A stretch of 37,003 nucleotides of DNA from a virus (taxonomy: Duplodnaviria; Caudoviricetes): IMG/VR virus record IMGVR_UViG_3300032253_000016, positions 1 to 37,003 of that record. One strand, given 5' to 3'. Position numbers and translations under genes: made by a program. The notes beneath the pieces were generated by a model that was given only the letters and a program-made list of their open reading frames with translations, ran no database searches and was not told the DNA's origin. Shown here one piece after another: positions 8,065-16,255 of this stretch (positions are counted from its first letter, which is position 1; the number at the start of each line of letters is the position of its first letter).

Positions 8065-9127
8065 AAAACGTAACAGTGAGAATACCCCATTACCAAAGCG
8101 GTGGCGATTAAAAAATGGCGCTTATCGTTACCGCGTCCCCCCTGGTTTAGAACATCTTTGGGACGGAAAAAAAGAATTTCGATTAGGTGCAACATTATCA
8201 GAAGCATATCGCACCTGGTCAGAACGACTTGAAACAACAGACCCAATTAATACTATCGATCAGTTGATGGATAGGTATATGCTCGAAGTTATCCCAGAAA
8301 AGGCTACCGGTTCACAAGAATCCAACTTACACAGTATTAAAAAGTTACGCCCTGTTTTTGGAAAAATGCCCCCCGCTCTTATCGAACCACAACACGCATA
8401 TAAATATCACGATATGGCCTCAAAGAAAAATGGTAAAACCGTGGCCAAGCATGACATTCAATTATTAAGACACTTACTAACAAAAGCAGTGGAATGGGGG
8501 GTGATAAAAACAAACCCGTTGCTCGGGCAAGTTCGTTTACCCGTTACGCTGCCACGAGATCGGTTTGTAGAAGATTGGGAAATAGAAGAAGCCTTATCGT
8601 TAACCCCTAAAATAAAGTCACGCGCAGTCACTCTCGCCAAATTATATGTGCGTTTCAAACTAATGACCGGCCTAAGAAGATGGGATATTTTAAAACTAAA
8701 AATATCCCAAATTAAAGATGATGGCATTCACGTTCAACCAACAAAAACAAAGAATACAACTGGCAAGCGTTTGATATTTGAATGGGATGAAGAAGGCGAA
8801 ATGCGCAATCTTATTGATGACATATTAAAGCTGCCCCCCCGCAGAATTGGTGATGTTTGTTTGTTTACAACGCGACAAGGAAAGTCATACATAAACAACC
8901 AGGGTAAAGCAAACGCATTCGATAGTTTGTGGCAGCGTTATATGAACAGGGTAATAGAACTCACAAATGTAGAAGATAAATTCCAAGAACGCGACCTGCG
9001 CGCTAAGGTTGCAAGCGACTCAGAAACCCTCCAAGAAGCCAGCGAACGGCTTGGTCACGGCACCACAGAAACCACGAACAAAGTTTATCGGCGCAAGCCT
9101 CTTCGCATAAAACCGCTCATAAAATAG
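8054..9127 (+). CDS. int: Tyrosine integrase
   Basis: Arm-binding N-terminus, TGLRRWD (Arg I), K, RDLRAK, LGH and VYRR catalytic motifs; adjacent to attP. Confidence 0.95.
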   Translation: MSPKKRNSENTPLPKRWRLKNGAYRYRVPPGLEHLWDGKKEFRLGATLSEAYRTWSERLETTDPINTIDQLMDRYMLEVIPEKATGSQESNLHSIKKLRPVFGKMPPALIEPQHAYKYHDMASKKNGKTVAKHDIQLLRHLLTKAVEWGVIKTNPLLGQVRLPVTLPRDRFVEDWEIEEALSLTPKIKSRAVTLAKLYVRFKLMTGLRRWDILKLKISQIKDDGIHVQPTKTKNTTGKRLIFEWDEEGEMRNLIDDILKLPPRRIGDVCLFTTRQGKSYINNQGKANAFDSLWQRYMNRVIELTNVEDKFQERDLRAKVASDSETLQEASERLGHGTTETTNKVYRRKPLRIKPLIK

Positions 9128-9178
9128 AGTAACTTTATAAAATCTATGGGACAAACCCCATTCTATGGGACAATGCAC

Positions 9179-9213
9179 AAAAAAGCAGCTACCGTGAACC
9201 ACGATAACTGCTT
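9179..9213 (-). terminator. Intrinsic terminator for the reconstituted host tRNA
   Basis: Minus strand AAGCAGTTATCGTG-GTT-CACGGTAGCTGC followed by a T-run; G-U pairs work only on the minus strand. Confidence 0.75.
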
Positions 9214-9230
9214 GATTTGACTTACTTATT

Positions 9231-9277
9231 TGGTGCGCCTGGCACGATTCGAACGTGCGACCGCTCGGTTCGTAGCC
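9231..9277 (-). other. attP core: 3' half of tRNA-Arg(ACG)
   Basis: Minus strand GGCTACGAACCGAGCGGTCGCACGTTCGAATCGTGCCAGGCGCACCA: anticodon loop ACG, T-arm GTTCGAATC, CCA end; no 5' half upstream. Confidence 0.92.
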
Positions 9278-9788
9278 CATTATTTTTCCTGTTGTTACTT
9301 GTTGATTTAACAGCTTTTTTATTAAAAATTTTGTCCCACAAAACCAGAAAATAAACGTTGTAAGCTGTTGATTTTATTAGATACGAATTATTCTATGGGA
9401 CATATTTTTACAGAGCTGTTATGGCTTCCCCAAGGGTAAGCATCGATAACCCTGCTATTACATTCATCCGCAATTTATTAATAAGTAAGGCCGCTTAAAA
9501 TCAGCTTTTACACCTACCCTAAAAAACATACGGGGCAATAGCAGCCTTTTTAAAATGATGAATCGTATATACTTTACCCTACACGTATATACTAAATCGG
9601 CTCAAAACGCCTTAAAATGCATTTAAATTGATTTTATCTGTATTTTTTCGCTATTTGGCCTTGTGCCAAATACAAAAATGAACCAAACTTGAAGCATTAC
9701 ATGAGTGGTCGCGTGATCACTTGCAGCATAGAAGGAAGTTGAAATGAGAAGGTAGGTAGGCTGATACAGCAGCCCTTGCCCAAGCAAT

Positions 9789-9817
9789 AAAAAAGGCGCT
9801 CCCACCAAGAACCGCCT
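9789..9817 (-). terminator. Intrinsic terminator (minus strand)
   Basis: Minus strand GGCGGTTCTT-GGT-GGGAGCGCC followed by TTTTTT. Confidence 0.6.
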
Positions 9818-9942
9818 TCCTTATTGGCCTGTATAGACCCTTGCTAAGGTTACCGAGGCTTTACCCTTGGCTACCGCACTAAAAAGTACACATGCATTAT
9901 TGCAGGTGTAACGCGGTCTGGCAAATTCGGCCTCTCAAAATT

Positions 9943-9967
9943 GGGGGTGGTTTTACCGCTCCCTTTC
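9943..9967 (+). terminator. Intrinsic terminator (plus strand)
   Basis: GGGGGTGG-TTTTA-CCGCTCCC (8 bp including 2 G-U) followed by TTTCTT. Confidence 0.55.
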
Positions 9968-10102
9968 TTACTTTACCCCCCCTTTATTTTAGGGTTTACC
10001 CTACATTATGACAATATATTTGCAGTTTTATTGTGTCTATTACTTCTATATAATTCGCACACATTTTAACCAACCAGAAAACTTCAGGTAAAATTTTAAG
10101 TC

Positions 10103-10792
10103 GTGGCAAAAAAAGACGATCAAATTCCCTTGATCGAAGAAAAACCAGAATCCAATCTATTTGGTGACTGTCTTAATGTATTGCTCGGTAAGGACGCTAA
10201 TTTAAGAAACAAACTGAAGGACAAAGGAATTGATAATGCAAAGATAACCAGGTGGACAAGCGGAACATCAAGCGTATCAGACGACGAGCTATTTCTGATC
10301 TCTGAAATTACAGGCATCAACCCGATAGAGTTAAGATTTGGAAAAAGAGCAGCATATAAATACGCGGAAAGCGTTATTACAAAAGATAGTATTGAATTAA
10401 TTTCACAATATCGTTCAAGTAGCGCGATACTTGAATGTATCTTAAGAATAATTGATAACGAGGTTTATGTAATAAAAAAAGGTAACGGTTTTGTTATGGC
10501 CTCTGAAACTGCATTAAAGCACTTGGGCCACTCAAAAAGCTCAATTAAAAAAGCAAATCCATACAAGGTGTTCCCTAGTATAGCTGACAGCTTTAAAGAA
10601 ATGGTCGATGATAAATTAGAAGAACACGGCGACACAACCAACTTACACTCAGAGCACATGCGTGATGATGGCTATTCATATTTTGTGAATTGCACACTAG
10701 AACTCGTAAAAACTAAAAATGATGGAGAATTTTTTATAGGAATTGGTCGCCACATTGATGGGTTACCAAAAGAAATTAAAGTAAAGGAGTGA
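10103..10792 (+). CDS. XRE-HTH + PAS/PAC domain transcription factor
   Basis: N-terminal GIDNAKITRWTSGTSSVSDDELFLISEITGINP HTH; C-terminal ILRIIDNEVYVI...FVMASETALKHLGHS...HMRDDGYSYFVNCTLELV...FIGIGRHI matches the PAS-PAC pattern. Confidence 0.8.
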   Translation: MAKKDDQIPLIEEKPESNLFGDCLNVLLGKDANLRNKLKDKGIDNAKITRWTSGTSSVSDDELFLISEITGINPIELRFGKRAAYKYAESVITKDSIELISQYRSSSAILECILRIIDNEVYVIKKGNGFVMASETALKHLGHSKSSIKKANPYKVFPSIADSFKEMVDDKLEEHGDTTNLHSEHMRDDGYSYFVNCTLELVKTKNDGEFFIGIGRHIDGLPKEIKVKE

Positions 10793-11043
10793 GATATTGA
10801 CTTTTTATATAACATAAAACTCATAAACCGACTAAATCTGCTGAAATATCATTTCAAAACCCCATCTTTTCATTTTAAAACATCACCTTTTTATTTCAAA
10901 CACAAGGTTTTGAAATACTTTTTAATATCATACTATTTCAGTTGTTTTTAAAATCTTATGCAATATTATAGATTTCCTCTGCAACTATTGGAATTGCAAT
11001 AATTAAAGATTGAGTTTAAAAACTATAAAACAGGGAAATAATT

Positions 11044-11253
11044 ATGGAAGATGTTATTAGTGAGCTAGTAGAAAAATACAAAAATAATAAACCAAGTAAA
11101 AACAATGAATCACCTAATATAATAATAACAATAAATATTTTTATTACGTTATTAATGCTTATATGGCTATATAACATTGATGCAGAACAGCAGCGTAGAA
11201 GCGTTCCAGTTTCTAAAATGGAACAGCTACTTTTGCCAAAGATACAAAGCTAA
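11044..11253 (+). CDS. Small single-pass membrane protein (69 aa)
   Basis: RBS AGGGA; hydrophobic IIITINIFITLLMLIWLY segment; followed by a terminator hairpin. Confidence 0.65.
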   Translation: MEDVISELVEKYKNNKPSKNNESPNIIITINIFITLLMLIWLYNIDAEQQRRSVPVSKMEQLLLPKIQS

Positions 11254-11284
11254 AAAGGAGGCTGTTTAAACAGCCGTCCTATTT
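11252..11284. terminator. Terminator between the moron and the end of the late operon
   Basis: AGGAGGCTG-TTTAAA-CAGCCGTCCT hairpin with an A-run on the left (U-tract for the minus strand), between convergent genes. Confidence 0.7.
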
Positions 11285-11286
11285 AC

Positions 11287-11742
11287 CTATGCTAATTTAG
11301 CTGGAAAAATTACGTCATCTGCAATTGTAATGCCATCTGCTTGCGCTGCGTTTTCTGCGTCACGCACTGAAGAAATCCAAGCATCTATATCTCTGGTTTG
11401 TTGTAATAAAGCCTGTTCATTTACATCCAAATTTATACCTTGCACAGCACTTTTATCAATTAAAGCGGTTGCAAGGCTTATCAGCTTACGTTGTTTGGTT
11501 TCACAGTAGGCGCTTAATATATAAGCATCAGCTTTTGATGTAATGTCTGCTTTACGTTTTTCTTCTTTATTAAAGGCATCCCTATCTACCTGCGTCATTT
11601 CATTGAAATGTGCTTCAACAGCTATTATATCTTCAGGGCTTAAGTCTTGATAAAAAGTTACCTTGTTGCCAGATGTTAAAACTTTATATTGCTTAAGGAA
11701 ATTCAAATCATAGCTTTGGTTTTCTGTTAATTCATAAGTCAT
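11287..11742 (-). CDS. Tail fibre assembly/chaperone-like protein
   Basis: Directly downstream of the tail fibre; C-terminal WI..VR...N...(F/W)P pattern. Confidence 0.6.
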   Translation of the reverse strand: MTYELTENQSYDLNFLKQYKVLTSGNKVTFYQDLSPEDIIAVEAHFNEMTQVDRDAFNKEEKRKADITSKADAYILSAYCETKQRKLISLATALIDKSAVQGINLDVNEQALLQQTRDIDAWISSVRDAENAAQADGITIADDVIFPAKLA

Positions 11743-14405
11743 TATGCAGACTCCACTGTAAAGTTTCGTTTATTTGTTTGTAAGGATAACGTCCCGCCAC
11801 CTGTTAAAAACATTACTTGATTAGAGTGAAGCCCAAAGGGAACTTGTACGCTTAAAAAGGAGGTGGTTTTCTTTTGGTAGTTCACTGTTTCACAATCAGC
11901 TTGTCCGCTCTGATATAGAACACCATCAATATTAAAGGGAAATATAACTCCAGCACCCAGAGTGTTACTTGCCCAAAAAACAGAAAAGTTCAACTTAATA
12001 GAGCTACCGAAGCAAAACGCGCTCATTTCAGCTATAGAAGATGCGGTAGGTACTGTGGTTGAAATGTTTTTTGTAATTCCGTTAGCTTTGATAAGCCGCT
12101 TAACGGGATTAATATAATTCTTATTTATCCCTGCTAAGGTCTTAACTGATTGAATTAAGCCTGAATTATATATCTTCGGTAACAAAGAAGACTTATCATC
12201 CGTCCAATAAGTCATTTCAGATAATTGCATGTTTGAGTATTCGGGAAAGTGTGCGCCTTCGTAGTATTTAAGGTAATGCCATTCAGCTGATGCGTTCTCT
12301 GTAGTTGTTGTGTTTTCGTCTCCGAAAAATATTTGATTAGTTGCCGTTGTATCTACCAACAATCCAGTACCATCAAATGCTAATTTTCCATTTATATAGA
12401 CATAATAATTTGAGCCTTTACCGACAAATCTAATAAACGTTTCTTTTGTAAAGTCATGTTGAAAAAATCCATCACTTGTTACACCGTACATATCACAGAA
12501 ATATTCAGAAATGAACATACGTATATATTTCGTACCATCTTTTATAGCAATTTGAGCTGCTGCACTTCCTGGATTATTCGTAGAATTTTTCAACTTAATC
12601 TTAGAATCAACAATCCACCCTGTAGCATTGTTTAAAGTTGTATTTTTAACATAGTAACCTGTCTCGGTTGTGGCATATCCTGCACCGTTCTGATAAAGAA
12701 TACCGTCATTAACAATAAATACGTTGGCTTCTGTTGCTGTTCCTGTAAACGTCCAACCATTAGACGAAGGTAAGCCAGACATATCTTCGTTACCTGTCCA
12801 CGCAGGCGCAATAGGAAAACCGCCACCAATAATAGTATGACCTTCTTCAAATGCTTTATCTAAAGTAATAGTTTCCGCAGTGACAGGGACTCCTTCGCTC
12901 ACACCATTGATATAGATTTTTAAGAAGTCAGCACCATCGCCTTCCGCTCGATAACCAACAGAGACAATATGATTCCCCGTTGAAATATCTGTTGTGCTCA
13001 TTACGGTATGTTTTGATTCGTTTTTTTCGTACAAGTCAACTTGTGCATAACCTGTTATTGCGCTACAACGAATAACAATGCGGTTTTTATCTGTGCCTAG
13101 CCCCGAATCATAAAAAGTTTTGTCTTTGTTCCACCCTGTACCCGCAAGATGAATCATGCCTCTTTTATGGTTCATAAAGGAGTTTTCTTTATAGAATCCG
13201 CCAGATTGATTTAAAGTAGCGCCCTCATAATGATTCAGCGCACCATCAAAGCCGGTTAACCCTGAGTTTAATATTTTTGTCATTGGCTCGATGATGAATA
13301 ATTGGCACCCAGCCTCTTGAGTCCAAACCGGTGTAGCATCTCCAGATATTCTGTTGCCATAAGGATAATCAGATGAACCTTTTGCCCACCTCCAGTGGTT
13401 AGCAGCATCTAACACCCCTGAGGACTTTAAGACAATATGGTACTGTGTGCCTCCAATACAGTTGGGCGCTGCTGCAAAAGTAAATTTAACCCATTCGCCG
13501 TCAGTATTTTCAGAATGAATATGACCTGCTTGTGCTATCGCGGCACCATTTGCAATTGCAACATCAGGATTACCAGCAGAATCATTATAGATGTATAGCT
13601 CAAGATTATTCGTAGGGTTACCTGCTTTATATATGTTTATCCAGATTGATTTAATATTAGTGGTTTGTCCTACCTTAAATCCATTTGCCTGGTAAGTGTT
13701 TGACAGAGCGTTACCAACATATCCAGCTGACCCGTCGCTTTTAATGTTTTGAGTCGCAACTTCACCCATAGTGCCATCAGGCATGCCCCCATATCCCATG
13801 CCGCCCCATTGTTGATTGAATGATGACGGGTAAACACCTTGTTCCTGTAATTCTTGCAGACCTTTTGATTTGTCTGGATGTATAAGCAAGGTTAGATCTC
13901 GACGAGACTGTTCAACGGATAGCTTTAAGTCGGTAAAATTTTTGTCAACATATTGTCTTGTTGATAACACAATTGAGGGATCAATTTTTAGTTCAACTGA
14001 GCTGGTATTACCGATTTCACTAATTGCACGAATATATAAATCACGGGCAGCACCTTCTGCTAAAGTTGGTTTATATGTTTGTGGGTATGCGCCAACCATA
14101 ATCATGTCGCCATCAACATCAAAAATACCCACTTCACGAATGTAATAACCAACAGGAATATTTTGTGGTATAACGGCTTCAACAACTAAGTAAGTTGCGT
14201 TATCAGGATCTTGATAAATTTGGTTAATCGCAACACGATCAACTTCATTATTTAATGCTGTCCAGTTTTGATCAGGAGCAACATAAGCTCCGCTGCCGTC
14301 ACCTACTGCTAGCTCTGTTAAATCTAACGATTGGCCAAGCGCCTCTTTATTTGTTTTTTTTGCCGCACCAACCGCTGTTAGCACCATGTAATAATTTTGT
14401 GGCAT
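11742..14405 (-). CDS. Tail fibre / receptor-binding protein (P2 gpH-like N-terminus)
   Basis: LTAVGAAK...LAVGDG...IREVGIFD...YKPTLAEG...IDPSIVLSTRQYVD collar domain, then beta-rich lectin-like domains. Confidence 0.92.
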   Translation of the reverse strand: MPQNYYMVLTAVGAAKKTNKEALGQSLDLTELAVGDGSGAYVAPDQNWTALNNEVDRVAINQIYQDPDNATYLVVEAVIPQNIPVGYYIREVGIFDVDGDMIMVGAYPQTYKPTLAEGAARDLYIRAISEIGNTSSVELKIDPSIVLSTRQYVDKNFTDLKLSVEQSRRDLTLLIHPDKSKGLQELQEQGVYPSSFNQQWGGMGYGGMPDGTMGEVATQNIKSDGSAGYVGNALSNTYQANGFKVGQTTNIKSIWINIYKAGNPTNNLELYIYNDSAGNPDVAIANGAAIAQAGHIHSENTDGEWVKFTFAAAPNCIGGTQYHIVLKSSGVLDAANHWRWAKGSSDYPYGNRISGDATPVWTQEAGCQLFIIEPMTKILNSGLTGFDGALNHYEGATLNQSGGFYKENSFMNHKRGMIHLAGTGWNKDKTFYDSGLGTDKNRIVIRCSAITGYAQVDLYEKNESKHTVMSTTDISTGNHIVSVGYRAEGDGADFLKIYINGVSEGVPVTAETITLDKAFEEGHTIIGGGFPIAPAWTGNEDMSGLPSSNGWTFTGTATEANVFIVNDGILYQNGAGYATTETGYYVKNTTLNNATGWIVDSKIKLKNSTNNPGSAAAQIAIKDGTKYIRMFISEYFCDMYGVTSDGFFQHDFTKETFIRFVGKGSNYYVYINGKLAFDGTGLLVDTTATNQIFFGDENTTTTENASAEWHYLKYYEGAHFPEYSNMQLSEMTYWTDDKSSLLPKIYNSGLIQSVKTLAGINKNYINPVKRLIKANGITKNISTTVPTASSIAEMSAFCFGSSIKLNFSVFWASNTLGAGVIFPFNIDGVLYQSGQADCETVNYQKKTTSFLSVQVPFGLHSNQVMFLTGGGTLSLQTNKRNFTVESA

Positions 14406-14413
14406 ATCTCCCC

Positions 14414-15028
14414 CTAGTTTGTTAGCGGATAAATTGTTGTTGTTTCAGCATCATAAATACATGTTGCATATAAACTCTGCATTAATTGTTCTAATTCAGT
14501 AATAATTAAAGGATAAAGCGTTGTTTCATCACCACTACACACCGTTGAACCATAGAAAATATTATTATTTTGAGTAATAGAAATATTAAACGAGTCTAAA
14601 TGTGATCTTGTATTTTTAGTTTGAGCAATAACTCTTTCTATACTTTCTTGCTCTTCCAGAGTTAAGCCGCGATCAAATAAATCAACCTTCAAACTAAATG
14701 TTCCGGGTGTTCCTGCATACTCAAACCACTCAGATATATTTACTCCGAGATTAAGTGAGTTAAGCGCATCTTTAACTGCTCCGGCTGTTCCTCGTTTACG
14801 ACGAATAGCGCGCATCGCTTTAATAGAGGAACGTTGCACAGGTTCAGACCATTTACTTGACCATTCGGGAACTTGTTCAGCCCAGGCTAACCAGGGAAGA
14901 AGTTCAACAGGGCAAGCATCTGCATTCCAAAGATGAGGCAACGCAGGAACATTACTAATTCGCGCCGCTGTCTTTGATAGATTGCGTTCTAACTCAGTAG
15001 CATTAGGCGGTAATAAATCGTTACTCAT
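14414..15028 (-). CDS. Tail protein I (P2 gpI-like)
   Basis: LLPPNATELER, LWNADACPVELLPWLAW, GTAGAV, EWFE and KNTRSHL motifs. Confidence 0.93.
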   Translation of the reverse strand: MSNDLLPPNATELERNLSKTAARISNVPALPHLWNADACPVELLPWLAWAEQVPEWSSKWSEPVQRSSIKAMRAIRRKRGTAGAVKDALNSLNLGVNISEWFEYAGTPGTFSLKVDLFDRGLTLEEQESIERVIAQTKNTRSHLDSFNISITQNNNIFYGSTVCSGDETTLYPLIITELEQLMQSLYATCIYDAETTTIYPLTN

Positions 15029-15917
15029 CTATACTTCCCACATCAACAGTAATACCAGAACAAAATCCCGCTTCATTATTATTACGAACTAGATTTGCAG
15101 TAAGATCTGTACTAACAGTGTTATTAAGTGTTACATCTTTAACTCCTTCCACTTTCAATGCGCTAGTAACGCCAACCACTGTAATATCGAAACCAAGCTT
15201 ATGATATTTGACCACCCATGCAGTCAAGCTGTCGAACGCTGCTAAACGTATTGTTTCCTGATCAAGTCCAGGATAAATAACAAGCGTTGCATTAATGGTA
15301 AAACTGGTAACAGTAGCCGCTTGTACGGTGACTTGATCGGTAAAAGGTCTTTTATCATCATTTAAAGCTACATCAACAATGCTTATCAAAGCAGCATCTG
15401 GTACACCATCACCCACATGAGACAGCACCGTAATGACTACCGAAACTGGAGCAGGGCTTGCAACATCAATATCTTTTACCGAACCATCAGCGCTCAATGC
15501 ATGATACTCATAAGCACTATCCGGTCCCGCTGTGCTGTAACCATCTGGTGAAATTAATAATCTATATCTATAAGCATCATCACTTTCATAAGTAGGAGCA
15601 ACAGGTGGAATTGCATTTTCATTTCCAGCATCAATCACTAAACGTTCCACCAAAAAATACGTTACCCCAATATGATCAAGATCTGCATTTTTTGCATGAG
15701 CCAAAAGCATTGACTTAGCGCGGTCATTATCACGTTGACGAAGCAGTAATTCACGATAGGCAACAACTTCTAATAATTTATAAGACGAATCAGAAGGAGG
15801 TAAATTAACCAGTTCAGGATCATACGTAGTTAAATTATCAAGTATTTCATTACGAATAGTCTCGAAACTAAGCTCATCAATAACACTTGGCGCAGGTAGT
15901 TTGGATAGGTCAATCAT
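15021..15917 (-). CDS. Baseplate J-like wedge protein
   Basis: IDLSKLPAPSVI, YRELLLRQR, ESDDAYR, STAGP..AYEYHALSA and RP.TD.V motifs. Confidence 0.95.
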   Translation of the reverse strand: MIDLSKLPAPSVIDELSFETIRNEILDNLTTYDPELVNLPPSDSSYKLLEVVAYRELLLRQRDNDRAKSMLLAHAKNADLDHIGVTYFLVERLVIDAGNENAIPPVAPTYESDDAYRYRLLISPDGYSTAGPDSAYEYHALSADGSVKDIDVASPAPVSVVITVLSHVGDGVPDAALISIVDVALNDDKRPFTDQVTVQAATVTSFTINATLVIYPGLDQETIRLAAFDSLTAWVVKYHKLGFDITVVGVTSALKVEGVKDVTLNNTVSTDLTANLVRNNNEAGFCSGITVDVGSIDE

Positions 15918-16255
15918 ATTCTTATCCCCTCAATTTTTAATAACTCACCTGTTGGCACATACACTCCCCACATATCAATATCTGCTTGCCCATCAACATT
16001 ACGTGTTGCATTAACTCTCATTAATTTAAAATCGGGCAGACCATTAATTGGATTAGCCACGGCTTTAGCCGTAGCTGCATAAACCTGAACTAACCAGCGC
16101 GCAGTCATAGGTTGGTCGATTAAGTCAAATAACTCAGAGCCATAACCTCGACGCATAACACGCGTACCGAGCGGCGTAGTCATCACATCGGTCAAACGTT
16201 GCTTTAACCACGCAACCCCTTCTATATGCTTTCCTGTTGTATTATTCATTGCCAT
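15914..16255 (-). CDS. Baseplate protein W / gp25-like
   Basis: MNNTTGK...L.Q...D...TPLGTRVMRRGYGS.LFDLIDQP; start 16255 in TGATG overlap. Confidence 0.92.
   Translation of the reverse strand: MAMNNTTGKHIEGVAWLKQRLTDVMTTPLGTRVMRRGYGSELFDLIDQPMTARWLVQVYAATAKAVANPINGLPDFKLMRVNATRNVDGQADIDMWGVYVPTGELLKIEGIRI

Larger units (their letters stand above)
9143..9402. promoter_or_regulatory. attP region: arm-type sites and IHF sites flanking the core
   Basis: TCTATGGGACA at 9143, 9162 and 9392, with inverted TTGTCCCACA at 9331. IHF-consensus YAANNNNTTGATW at 9205-9217 and 9361-9373, and a 1-mismatch copy near 9295. Confidence 0.85.
9652..9967. ncRNA. Candidate structured non-coding RNA(s)
   Basis: At least seven stem-loops in an ORF-poor, locally GC-richer segment, bounded by opposite-strand terminator-like hairpins. 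No family recognised. Confidence 0.4.

Noticed and set aside
8054-9127. Phage integrase as the integron integrase for the attC array
   Set aside because: It has an arm-binding N-terminus, a paired xis and its own tRNA attP, lacks a recognisable IntI-specific insertion, and lies 20 kb from the array.
9231-9310. Complete phage tRNA-Arg gene
   Set aside because: Only anticodon loop to CCA is present; upstream sequence has no D-arm or acceptor 5' strand. It is the attP core.
9020-9808. Minus-strand ORFs 9020-9280 and 9623-9808
   Set aside because: They overlap int, attP or terminator structures, have no convincing RBS and no protein-like features.
9780-9960. c-di-GMP riboswitch, tmRNA fragment, self-cleaving ribozyme or retron msr-msd
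   Set aside because: Diagnostic conserved motifs were not found by eye on either strand and there is no reverse transcriptase; kept only as an unknown structured region.
11742-12200. DGR variable region or invertible tail-fibre segment
   Set aside because: No template repeat, reverse transcriptase, invertase or second fibre tip was seen.
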